A stretch of DNA of 45,110 nucleotides, taken from the sequence record SRR31156797_922. One strand, 5' to 3'. Positions 1 through 9,330 of the stretch are shown here, in pieces. The notes under the pieces were generated by a model. The model was given only the letters and a program-made list of their open reading frames with translations. It was not told the origin of the DNA and did no database searches. The stretch's first letter is position 1. Each line of letters begins with the position of its first letter. The translations under genes were made by a program, and so were the position numbers.

Positions 1-222
1 GATGCAAATACAGATAGTAATAATCATTATTCGGATTTAGATGCAGGCGTTTACGGTATGACAAATAGTTACAGAGAAACGGCTGAACCTGAGAATCCTA
101 AAACAGACGACGATAGTTGTGGTACTGATTGGATGCGCAGAATACGAATAGCCTTAATATCGTTGTTTATTTTGTTTTGTGTGATGCAGACTAACATTAT
201 AAATATCTGTAAAGATAATTGA
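1..222 (+). CDS. Partial (3' end) ORF, possible cell-wall-anchored protein with an NPKTG-like sorting signal
   Basis: Frame 1 is open from the window edge to TGA at 220-222: ...AEPENPKTDDDSCGTDWMRRIRIALISLFILFCVMQTNIINICKDN*. NPKTD (94-108) is followed by a hydrophobic stretch, and a terminator-like hairpin lies downstream. Confidence 0.55.
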   Translation, partial: DANTDSNNHYSDLDAGVYGMTNSYRETAEPENPKTDDDSCGTDWMRRIRIALISLFILFCVMQTNIINICKDN

Positions 223-268
223 CAGGATTCATTCATATATGGTCGAATATATTTGGAGCATATTTTAA

Positions 269-292
269 AGGCACTATTTAGTGCCTCTTTTA
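269..292 (+). terminator. Rho-independent terminator-like hairpin
   Basis: AGGCACT-attt-AGTGCCT followed by CTTTT; lies between convergent genes. Confidence 0.6.
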
Positions 293-481
293 TATCATGT
301 TAAATTACTAGATTGTTGAAATAGCAGCAGAAACAGAAAAAGATTTAGCATAAAGAGTCTATGATGAATTCCATAATAGCTCTTAGTTTCTGGCTTATTG
401 AGTCATATGTACCAGATTAAATTTAGATACATTTACCAAAAAATCGATATTAGTGTTATAAATTTTACCGCACTGTAATTC

Positions 482-2173
482 TTATCCTAAGATTTTTTCT
501 GCTTTTTTTGCATTTGTAGCTTGCATTAGTTCTTTTAGCTTTAACTCTTGTTTCTGTTTATCTAAGGTTGAAATCGCATGCCTAATCGGCAAAATATTAT
601 TTGGAGATACGCTAAGTTCATCTACACCCATAGCGGCAAGCATACATGCATTTACTGAGCTGTTTGCAAGTTCTCCGCATACTCCAACCCATATATTATT
701 CTCATGAGCCTTATCAATAACATGTTTAATCATGTACCAAATTACAGGATTATTATATGAATTTAAATATGCTACTTTTGGATTATTTCTATCTGCTGCC
801 ATTGTATATTGAAGCAGGTCATTTGTTCCAATGGAAAAGAAGTCTACTTCCTTTGCAAAATGCTGCGCCATAAACACAGATGCCGGAGTTTCAATCATCA
901 TTCCAATTTCAATATTTCTATCAAACTCAGTATTTTTTTCATCAAGTTCTTTCATTACATCCGTCAGAATTTGTTTCGCACTGGCAAGCTCCTCGTGGCA
1001 GGATATCATTGGAAACATTATTTTCATCTTTCCATAGGCACTTGCTCGCAGTAATGCTCTGAGCTGAGTATAAAATATATCTTTGCGTTCTAAGCATAGT
1101 CTGATTGCCCTGTTTCCTAAAAAGGGATTAGCTTCATCTTCAATATTAATACACTCTGTGTGTTTATCTCCGCCAATATCCAATGTACGTACTACAACCA
1201 CTTCATTATCCATTAACTGCAATACATTTTTATATTGCTCAAATTGTTCATCTTCATCAGGCAAAGACTCTCTATTCATATACAAAAATTCTGTTCGGAA
1301 AAGTCCGATGCCCTCTGCACTATTTTCTCTGGCAGTTTTTGCATCCTCAATGCTGCCAATATTAGCAAAAAGGTCAATTGCTCTTCCATCGGGTATTTGT
1401 GTTTTTTCACCAATGTATTTTTTCAAATACTCCTTTTTCTCATTGTATTTTTTTGCTTCTAAGGTAAAATTCCTCTTTGTCTCTTCATCAGGGTTGACAT
1501 ATATAATGCCATTTATACCGTCAATCGCAACCAAATCATTAGGCTTTATTTTTTCAAAAATATTATTTATTCCAGATACTGATGGTATGTTCATCGAATT
1601 GGCGACAATAGCTACATGTGATGTTTTTGTACCTTTTTGTGTAACAATGCCCAGTACTTTGTCTTTGTCCAGGAGCACTGTTTCAGATGGAGTAAGCTCA
1701 TAGGCAACCACAATGCATTCGTTTTTCAAATCAAGATTTGAAGTATAATTACCATAAATCAGGTTTTCCAATACTCTGTTTGTAGCATCTTTAAGGTCAA
1801 TCATTCTGGCTCTTAGGTATTCATCATCTATGCTTTCAAAAAGTTTAGAGAAGTAAGAACATGCATTTTTGACAGCTGTTTCGGAATTTAGATTTTGTTC
1901 CGTTATTGAGTTATTTACCATCTCAGCGAAATCATCATCTTCCAACATTTCTATCTGTGCAGACAAAATCTCCTGCTTATCTTTATCATCTTTGCATACG
2001 GTATCTATTAAAACCTGTATTTGCTCTTTACTTTTTCTTACTGCAAGATTTAGCCTGTTTACTTCGCTTTTGGTATCTGTTACCCTTACTTCCTCAAAGC
2101 TAAGGCTTCGCTTTTGATATACAAATGCTTCTGCCGCAGTATATCCTGGAGATATTCCTATACCTTTTAACAT
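482..2173 (-). CDS. ptsI: PTS enzyme I (phosphoenolpyruvate-protein phosphotransferase)
   Basis: 563 aa; TSHVAI phospho-His motif, EGIGLFRTEFL, RTLDIGGDK, NPFLGNRAIR, FFSIGTNDL, VCGE. Confidence 0.97.
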   Translation of the reverse strand: MLKGIGISPGYTAAEAFVYQKRSLSFEEVRVTDTKSEVNRLNLAVRKSKEQIQVLIDTVCKDDKDKQEILSAQIEMLEDDDFAEMVNNSITEQNLNSETAVKNACSYFSKLFESIDDEYLRARMIDLKDATNRVLENLIYGNYTSNLDLKNECIVVAYELTPSETVLLDKDKVLGIVTQKGTKTSHVAIVANSMNIPSVSGINNIFEKIKPNDLVAIDGINGIIYVNPDEETKRNFTLEAKKYNEKKEYLKKYIGEKTQIPDGRAIDLFANIGSIEDAKTARENSAEGIGLFRTEFLYMNRESLPDEDEQFEQYKNVLQLMDNEVVVVRTLDIGGDKHTECINIEDEANPFLGNRAIRLCLERKDIFYTQLRALLRASAYGKMKIMFPMISCHEELASAKQILTDVMKELDEKNTEFDRNIEIGMMIETPASVFMAQHFAKEVDFFSIGTNDLLQYTMAADRNNPKVAYLNSYNNPVIWYMIKHVIDKAHENNIWVGVCGELANSSVNACMLAAMGVDELSVSPNNILPIRHAISTLDKQKQELKLKELMQATNAKKAEKILG

Positions 2174-2218
2174 ATTATCACCTTAATTAATCTTATTTAC
2201 ATAAGTGTATTGTACGGT

Positions 2219-2482
2219 TTAATTCTCAATGCCATTCTCAATAACTTTATGTAGTGCGTCTAATGCTTCTCTTTCATCTTCTCCATTTGCCGCGATTTCA
2301 ATTTCCGAACCTTGCTTTGCTCCCAAAGTTAATACTTTTAGTATGGATTTACCGTTAGCTTCTTTTTCACCTTGTTTTACTGTTATAGTACTTTTAAATC
2401 TTTTTGCTTCCTTTACAAAAAGGGCTGCTGGTCTTGCGTGTAGACCTTCTTGACTGTGTATTTTAAATTTTTCTACTATCAT
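2219..2482 (-). CDS. ptsH: HPr phosphocarrier protein
   Basis: 87 aa; GLHARPAA (His15) and NGKSIL (Ser46 region); GGAGG RBS. Confidence 0.95.
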   Translation of the reverse strand: MIVEKFKIHSQEGLHARPAALFVKEAKRFKSTITVKQGEKEANGKSILKVLTLGAKQGSEIEIAANGEDEREALDALHKVIENGIEN

Positions 2483-2497
2483 ATTTCCTCCTGCTAT

Positions 2498-5182
2498 CTA
2501 CTTCAGTACAATTTTGTATGTCTGAGCTGTATAGCCATTTATTTTTATTGATTTAAATCTTTGATTATTATGTTTAAGTTCGGTTGTGTTTTCTTCCAAA
2601 AAATTGCACCCGAAAACCTTGCTAATTCCTTTATTTATAGAAATTTCAGCAGAGTTAATTGTTCCAGCTGTTGAATTATAAACCCTCAAAATAATTGCGT
2701 CCTCGTTTTCAGCTTTTTTAATAGCCGATATAATTAGCTTATCATTGTCAATGCTAATAAATCCAAAATCCGATTGCTCTACATTTGCTAAATTACCTTG
2801 TGCACATTGCTGCAAATTTTCTAAATCAAAAAGTTTCAGCATAGGTTTATACTTTTTAGCAATGGGTGACAGCTTTATTTTGCTCTGCACAGCGGTAGGC
2901 TTTGCATTGTATTGAGCAGCATATTTTGCTATTTCTCCCTCATCAGTATTACCTGTATGAGCAAAAACGCTATATTCCAGTACATGAGCTCCTAAACACT
3001 GAGCATCGGGAGTTGCAATATTTATCCCTGATGGTCTGCCTGGTCTGACAGTTAAATCGGGCTTACCCATATAGCTTACACCCCTAAAAAGAGTAATTGC
3101 TATAGCTGAACCATCCATTTCATAAACTTCGTATTCCGTTAATCCTCTGTTAAAAACTGCGAGTCCAAAATTACTATCATTGACATCCACGAATTTGTGG
3201 TTTGAATATATAGGCAAAGGCTTTTCTGCCCATTTGTTTTCTTTCCACAGTTTTACGTCTTCTATAACATTGTCTCTCTTTATCGTACCAAACTGTGTTT
3301 CGGCATATGAATGCTCGGTATGTATTCCTGTAGGGAAAACGGCTCTCATTCTATGATCTTTTGCATTATTTTGTAATTTTGTTTTTATATCAATTCTCTT
3401 TATATTCTCATAAAGCGTTATTTCCGTTTTAATTTTGATAGCGGTCATTTCTTTACTTCTGGATTTGTCATCCTCTGTTAACTCAATTGGGATATCCAGA
3501 CTGTATCTCATTTCAGCTATAGTCATATTTAATGATTTTTTTATTTTCGTTTTGCAGTCTTTGACGCTCGTATTTGTAATTACAACATCATTTACAACCG
3601 GAGAGTAATTATATGTATCACCAGCATCTCCGCAGTCCTCAATCGTGTTTAGATTTGAGTATTCTTTTCCTGTTTGCTTATCCAGTAGATTAAATGTTCC
3701 GTTTGGATTAAGCGTTACAACAGAATAATGGTTTTCCATTTGCTTATTATCGACATTGTGATAGTTTATATTATTTTTAGGCTTAATGCCTTCTTTTATA
3801 ACAAGTCTTTTGAAGCCCCAGTTAAACTCAAAATCAATTTCGAATGATATATTCACCTTGTTAACAATGCAGGGAGTCTCCAAATACAGTGACCATATGC
3901 TCATTGTAGCAGCGTCGATTTTTTCACTTTGTTCAATGATGTAATCTATCTCTTTGTCACTATCATCAACTAAAATGAAATTATCTTTTTCGCAGTATAT
4001 TACTGCATCAACTCTTTGCTTTCCTTTAACCATTGAGTCGTTAAAAACAGTAAGTACTAAATCCTTTCCTGCAATAGCGGCGCAAATTGATCGTGAGTGT
4101 ATCTTTTTGAGTGTTGTTCCCATGTTTTGCGCATCACAAAAACGCTGGTCAATTTCTCTGTGTACTTCATCAGTACAGCATCCGCAGATACTGTCATGTG
4201 CTTGGTTTTTAAGCATCTCTTTCCAAGCACTGTTTATTATAGCTTGAGGGTAGTCTGCTCCCCATATCCATGCCATTGTGCAGAGAGGCTCAACTCTATT
4301 TTCCAGCAATGTCTCCAGCTCTCGGTTTTTTGTCTTTTGATACATTCTTGATGATGCAATACTTGTATGCACTCTGTTTGTTACAGGGGATATTAACTCT
4401 CCGTCAAACTTTACAATGTCCTCTGTATTTTTGCCTGCATCCTCTATGTATTTTTCCAATGTTGAATGGAGATATTTTTTTGCGTTTTTACTTTTTATAT
4501 ACTTTGCAATCTGTGGCTGAGGAAACTGATGATCCACTCCATTCATAACAAGTATATTATCCTTATTTCCGATTTGTTTAATATCGTGAATGATTTTTTT
4601 CATTCTAATATCGATAGGTATGTTATCTTTGGGTAGGAACATACCGTTTGAATACCCTTTTGGCAGTGCGACAGTTAATACTTCATCTTTGTTTAATCCA
4701 CGCCAGATAAACTCCGTACGCTCTAACTTATGAGCTGGTACACCACGCATGACACATGCGGAGTCAATGTTGCATCCTTTGAGTATTTGAGGCATCTGGC
4801 AGCTTTGTCCGAATGAATCAGGCAGATATCCTACTTGCATATATTTGCCGTATTCACTTGCCATATTCGAGCCGATTAATAGGTTTCTAACCAACGATTC
4901 TCCATCAGGAGCAAACTCATCAGGCTGAGAATACCACGGACCAATAATAAGTCTGCCCTGATTAACTAATTGTTTGATTTTTTGTTTGTTCTGAGGTTCA
5001 AGATTTAGATAATCCTCAATCATTACCATCTGACCATCCAGCATAAAGTGCTTGTACTCATCATCATTTTCCATAATATCAAATAAGTTATTGAAAAAAT
5101 ATGAAAGCTTAACTTTAAAATACTGAAATGGTCTATACCACTCTCTGTCCCAATGGGTATGTGAAATAATATGAATTTTCAT
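2498..5182 (-). CDS. GH38 alpha-mannosidase (MngB-like)
   Basis: 894 aa; HTHWDREWY metal-binding motif, DGQ, GPWY, YLPDSFG nucleophile region, NGVDH, HDSICGCC; no signal peptide. Confidence 0.92.
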   Translation of the reverse strand: MKIHIISHTHWDREWYRPFQYFKVKLSYFFNNLFDIMENDDEYKHFMLDGQMVMIEDYLNLEPQNKQKIKQLVNQGRLIIGPWYSQPDEFAPDGESLVRNLLIGSNMASEYGKYMQVGYLPDSFGQSCQMPQILKGCNIDSACVMRGVPAHKLERTEFIWRGLNKDEVLTVALPKGYSNGMFLPKDNIPIDIRMKKIIHDIKQIGNKDNILVMNGVDHQFPQPQIAKYIKSKNAKKYLHSTLEKYIEDAGKNTEDIVKFDGELISPVTNRVHTSIASSRMYQKTKNRELETLLENRVEPLCTMAWIWGADYPQAIINSAWKEMLKNQAHDSICGCCTDEVHREIDQRFCDAQNMGTTLKKIHSRSICAAIAGKDLVLTVFNDSMVKGKQRVDAVIYCEKDNFILVDDSDKEIDYIIEQSEKIDAATMSIWSLYLETPCIVNKVNISFEIDFEFNWGFKRLVIKEGIKPKNNINYHNVDNKQMENHYSVVTLNPNGTFNLLDKQTGKEYSNLNTIEDCGDAGDTYNYSPVVNDVVITNTSVKDCKTKIKKSLNMTIAEMRYSLDIPIELTEDDKSRSKEMTAIKIKTEITLYENIKRIDIKTKLQNNAKDHRMRAVFPTGIHTEHSYAETQFGTIKRDNVIEDVKLWKENKWAEKPLPIYSNHKFVDVNDSNFGLAVFNRGLTEYEVYEMDGSAIAITLFRGVSYMGKPDLTVRPGRPSGINIATPDAQCLGAHVLEYSVFAHTGNTDEGEIAKYAAQYNAKPTAVQSKIKLSPIAKKYKPMLKLFDLENLQQCAQGNLANVEQSDFGFISIDNDKLIISAIKKAENEDAIILRVYNSTAGTINSAEISINKGISKVFGCNFLEENTTELKHNNQRFKSIKINGYTAQTYKIVLK

Positions 5183-5202
5183 ATTCGAACCTCCGCCTAA
5201 TA

Positions 5203-6222
5203 TTAAATGTCTTCCTCTTCTTTTTTCTTAAAGATAACGAGCAGGGCTATGGTTACTGCTATACCTACTACATGACATAGAATGTACATTAGTCCATTAC
5301 CCACTGTCTTTGATCCTACAAATAATCCTATCAGTGATGGAATAACTGATGTATTGTATACTCCGATAGCAGCCGCTAATGATGCTCCTACAGCGCTGCC
5401 TAGTATAAATGCCGGAATAACTCTGAATGGATTAACAACAGCAAAAGGTATAGCTCCCTCAGTCAGCCCAAAAATACTCATAAATAAAGCTGTCTTTCCT
5501 TCTAGTCTTTCTTCATCATCGTACTTTTTCTTAAAAATTATTGTTGACAGACCTGCAGCCAGAGGGGGTATTGTAATAGCTATTAATACAGGACCTACTA
5601 CATGGTGCAGTCCTTCTGTAGATGCAGCGAGTGCAAATGTATAAGCGACTTTGTTTACAGGTCCTCCCATGTCAAAGGCTATCATAGCTCCTAGAATTGC
5701 TGCTAGTAAAACAGCATTTCCTGTGCTCATTGTTTCGAGCCATCTGTAAACAGACTCAAGTGCTGATGTTACAGGTGCAGCTATCAGATAATACAACAAA
5801 GCTCCGCCAATAATGGTTGAAATAATGGGGATGACAATGAATGATGTAATAATATCATTGACCTGACATTGCTTAAATTTGGATGAAATCAAAGTTATCA
5901 GCTTGATTATGTAACCCATTATTAGTCCTACAATCAATCCTCCAATAAATCCCATTCCTAATTGCTCAGACATTAGCCCTACAACAAATGTTGGCGCAAG
6001 CCCTAGTTTACCAACAATAGAAAAAGCGATATAGGCAGCTAAAACTGGACCTATTAACGTACTGGCTAACTCACTTATGTTTGCACATAGTTCTCCTGCA
6101 GCTCCGGGGATTTGTCCTAGTACCAGAAAAAACGCATAAATAATGATTACAGGCAGCATAAATGATACGCCGCTCATCAGATGCTTTCTTACATCTCCAA
6201 AGAATCCTTCTTTCTTGCTCAT
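5203..6222 (-). CDS. PTS fructose-family EIIC permease
   Basis: 339 aa, hydrophobic; KHLMSGVSFMLP, AFDMGGPVNK, TEGAIPF motifs of Fru-family EIIC. Confidence 0.93.
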   Translation of the reverse strand: MSKKEGFFGDVRKHLMSGVSFMLPVIIIYAFFLVLGQIPGAAGELCANISELASTLIGPVLAAYIAFSIVGKLGLAPTFVVGLMSEQLGMGFIGGLIVGLIMGYIIKLITLISSKFKQCQVNDIITSFIVIPIISTIIGGALLYYLIAAPVTSALESVYRWLETMSTGNAVLLAAILGAMIAFDMGGPVNKVAYTFALAASTEGLHHVVGPVLIAITIPPLAAGLSTIIFKKKYDDEERLEGKTALFMSIFGLTEGAIPFAVVNPFRVIPAFILGSAVGASLAAAIGVYNTSVIPSLIGLFVGSKTVGNGLMYILCHVVGIAVTIALLVIFKKKEEEDI

Positions 6223-6240
6223 AATTTCCTCCTGTTTTTT

Positions 6241-6549
6241 TTATACTATTGAAGCTATTGCTTCTTTAATAACTTTTTCAGCTCTTCTTATGACTATGCT
6301 CGTAGTGGTTATATATGTTGTGACGTTTTTAAATCTTTCTGATTCAAGTGCAGATCCATCTGCTGCCAAAATAAAAAAGTCTGCTTCTTCTATTTCCTCA
6401 GGCGTAATTTTATCCTTAATCCCAATGGAACCTTGTGTTTCAACTTTTATTTGGTGTCCTAATTTTTTAGCAGCTTTTTTTAGGGCGGCGGCAGACATGT
6501 ATGTATGTGCTAATCCTACCGGACATGAAGTTAGTGCTATTATTTTCAT
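6241..6549 (-). CDS. PTS fructose-family EIIB
   Basis: MKIIALTSCPVGLAHTYM (phospho-Cys), KVETQGSIG. Start placed at ATG 6549 (AGGAGG RBS; TAATG overlap with the EIIA stop) rather than 6564. Confidence 0.93.
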   Translation of the reverse strand: MKIIALTSCPVGLAHTYMSAAALKKAAKKLGHQIKVETQGSIGIKDKITPEEIEEADFFILAADGSALESERFKNVTTYITTTSIVIRRAEKVIKEAIASIV

Positions 6550-7010
6550 TATATCCTCCTGCAATTTTTTTTGATTAGTCTCATCATTTTGTTTACATTT
6601 GTAGTTTGATTTAGACGTTTGATAAATTTCTCGTCAACCAAAAGTTCAGCAATTTTTGAAATAACTTCCAGATGCTCCACTCCTTTATCATCAGGTGATA
6701 CTGCAAGCAAAAAGATTATTTTTACAGGTTCGCCGTAATCTTCCCAGTCAATTTCATTAGTAAGCTTAACAATAGCTATTGAAGATTTTTTGATGGAATT
6801 GGATTTGCTGTGGGGAATTGCTACACCCATATCCATATTTGTAGTTTCGTATTCTTCTCTTTTAAAAACATCATCAATAAATGCGCTTAATGAATAGATT
6901 CTTTCATCTTCATAAAGCATATAAGCGATTTTATTTATAGCATCGCTTTTGCTTGTTACCTTCATTTTTAAATTAATGATATTTTTACCCATCATTTCTA
7001 TAAGTTTCAT
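6549..7010 (-). CDS. PTS fructose/mannitol-family EIIA
   Basis: 153 aa; RE...T, GVAIPH phospho-His motif, HLEVISKIA. Confidence 0.92.
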   Translation of the reverse strand: MKLIEMMGKNIINLKMKVTSKSDAINKIAYMLYEDERIYSLSAFIDDVFKREEYETTNMDMGVAIPHSKSNSIKKSSIAIVKLTNEIDWEDYGEPVKIIFLLAVSPDDKGVEHLEVISKIAELLVDEKFIKRLNQTTNVNKMMRLIKKNCRRI

Positions 7011-7020
7011 TCCATTCCTC

Positions 7021-8886
7021 CTACTTATTAATAGTTTTTATAAATTCATAATAGTTTTTAGATTTTATTAATCTATCTACTTTTTCACTTAAGCTTATTA
7101 CATTAAAAAAACTTTTAAAAATCTGTTTCACTTTGCCATCAGTTGTGTTCTTGATGTTTATCAGAAAAACTAAGCGAACCTTATCACCATTCCAGTCAAT
7201 AGCACTTTTTAATATACCTATAGCAACTACATTCTCCCCCATACTGTTGTTGATTGCGTGTGGTACTGCAACCATATTCCCAATAGCTGTGGATGAAATG
7301 TTTTCCCTTTCAATTACTGCCTGAAAAAAGTTTTCCTGAGCATAACCATTTGCCTGAAGTGTATCAAACAGCTTTTTTATAACATCATGCTTATCAACTG
7401 CCTCGATATCTTTGATAAATAATACTTCCTTAAATAGATTTATAAATTCATAGTTGTTACTCTCACTATGCTCTATTTGTCTGATTAGAGTACTTATTTT
7501 TAAAATATCATAATCTTTAAACAATGGATTGATAACAATTACAGGAACATTCTCGATTTCCACCATTACAGTAGAGATGATAATTTCAGGATTCAATTTT
7601 AATGCTTGTTCAATCTTATACAGAGGAAAAATCCCTAAAATATTAAACTCTGCAAAGTAACGCTTAAGTTTAATTTCAATAAGATTACTAGTTATTTCAC
7701 CAGATTGGCATACAATAACGATATCCCTTCTTTTCATCTCCTTCTCTAACATCTCCTTTTCCATCTCATAGGCAAATAGTAAAACTATCTGTATCAGTAT
7801 TTCATCACACATGTTAAGAATACATTCATGATTGATGGAATTAACTAAACTTACCGCCATCTCAAATGCAAGGGGATACTCCCTCTTTATATCTGACAGA
7901 GTATGTTCACTTGACTTTATATAATATCTATTGCTTAACAAAGATATAAGCTTATCTCTTAATTCGTCGGTATAAGAATATTTAAATATTCGGCTTATTT
8001 CGGCAATACCTTTATCAAGTGCTTTTTTAATCTTTGTACTGTTTTGTACTTGCTTATATTTATTTGTAAATCCCTGTATACAGTAGTTAATATAATTTTG
8101 CTCATAAATATTCAGGTTGACTTTACTCATAAGAATATTGATTATTTTACTAATCGCTGTATTGTTATAAGAAGGTTCTTTGCAAAAATTATCAAGAGAA
8201 AATCCATTAACAACTCTAAAAGTAATTACTGCTAGCAGAATTATTACTGCATCAAATTCATCCCCGGTCAAATCAATATGCTCTTGTTCGGCTATATTGC
8301 AAATCATTTCTTTTGTCTGAATAAAGATTTCATTAAACTCATCATTTATAAAGCTTTTATCCAAAGAATGCAGTTTAACAGCCTTTGCGAAAAAATCGCA
8401 GTACATTTCTCTAATCAAAAGCTCATCTCCGCTGATACTGATAATATTTTCTTTGCATTTATTCAAACGAAGATTATTCTTCTGAAGTCTTTTATTGACC
8501 TTGATAAAATCCCTGCTGATTGTAGAGCTGCTGACATAGAGCTGCTGGGAAATTGAATCTATTGAAATTCCGGTCGGATATAGAATCAACTGTTTTAATA
8601 TATGCTCCACTCTGCTGTCAGGCAGAACAGGCTTGATGTATTCCTCTTGTATCTTTACCAACTTCTTGAGCTGATTTTTCCTGTCTTTTGGTATGTAATA
8701 ACCACGACCTGTAATAGAGCGGATTGGTATTCCGCATTTATTAAGTTCAGCGTTCAACTCACAAATGTCACCTCTGATAGTTCTTGATGTGACGCTCAAA
8801 ACATTTGCTAGATACTGACCGGTAATACAATTATCATTTTGCAGCAGTTCGGAAATGATTTTTGATTTTCTACTGCTCAGATACAT
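7021..8886 (-). CDS. PRD-domain transcriptional activator (LicR/ManR/MtlR type: HTH-Mga-PRD-PRD-EIIB-EIIA)
   Basis: 621 aa; N-terminal HTH (LSVTSRTIRGDI), second HTH (LYVSSSTISRD), EIIB-like VCQSG, C-terminal EIIA-like VAVPH. Confidence 0.9.
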   Translation of the reverse strand: MYLSSRKSKIISELLQNDNCITGQYLANVLSVTSRTIRGDICELNAELNKCGIPIRSITGRGYYIPKDRKNQLKKLVKIQEEYIKPVLPDSRVEHILKQLILYPTGISIDSISQQLYVSSSTISRDFIKVNKRLQKNNLRLNKCKENIISISGDELLIREMYCDFFAKAVKLHSLDKSFINDEFNEIFIQTKEMICNIAEQEHIDLTGDEFDAVIILLAVITFRVVNGFSLDNFCKEPSYNNTAISKIINILMSKVNLNIYEQNYINYCIQGFTNKYKQVQNSTKIKKALDKGIAEISRIFKYSYTDELRDKLISLLSNRYYIKSSEHTLSDIKREYPLAFEMAVSLVNSINHECILNMCDEILIQIVLLFAYEMEKEMLEKEMKRRDIVIVCQSGEITSNLIEIKLKRYFAEFNILGIFPLYKIEQALKLNPEIIISTVMVEIENVPVIVINPLFKDYDILKISTLIRQIEHSESNNYEFINLFKEVLFIKDIEAVDKHDVIKKLFDTLQANGYAQENFFQAVIERENISSTAIGNMVAVPHAINNSMGENVVAIGILKSAIDWNGDKVRLVFLINIKNTTDGKVKQIFKSFFNVISLSEKVDRLIKSKNYYEFIKTINK

Positions 8887-8923
8887 AAAAACTCCGCCTT
8901 AATCACACAAATTATTTAATCAT

Positions 8924-8984
8924 ATTATACTGCAATGATTTTCCAATTTAAAGATATTATTTTTCCGCATCTAATATGGAAAAA
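8924..8984 (-). promoter_or_regulatory. Promoter of the PTS operon with a candidate PRD-activator operator
   Basis: Minus-strand TATAAT (8929-8924), weak -35 TTTAAA at 17 bp (8952-8947), and inverted repeat TTTTTCC-N11-GGAAAAA (8960-8984) just upstream. Confidence 0.6.
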
Positions 8985-9330
8985 TGATTAAGGTGAGATG
9001 AGTAAATCTTATTTAATATTTTATAACCAGCTTTGTAAGGAACTTTAACAAGAGCATATTAATATTTGAATTTTATAATACCATGAATGATGTCAATTAT
9101 GACTGTTTATAGCATATCAGATAAAATCTATACTCCATTTAAAAGAAATTGATAGAGTTATTTCTTAAGGGACTATATTTATCTGAAAGATGCAGTGATT
9201 TGATTAAAATACAGGATTAACTATAGAAACAAAACAATTAATGATGCTTTCCTAACAATATGGAGCAGGAAGCGATATTATTCTTTTTAATATTTGAGAG
9301 CATATTGATGCATATAGTACAAATGAAAAA

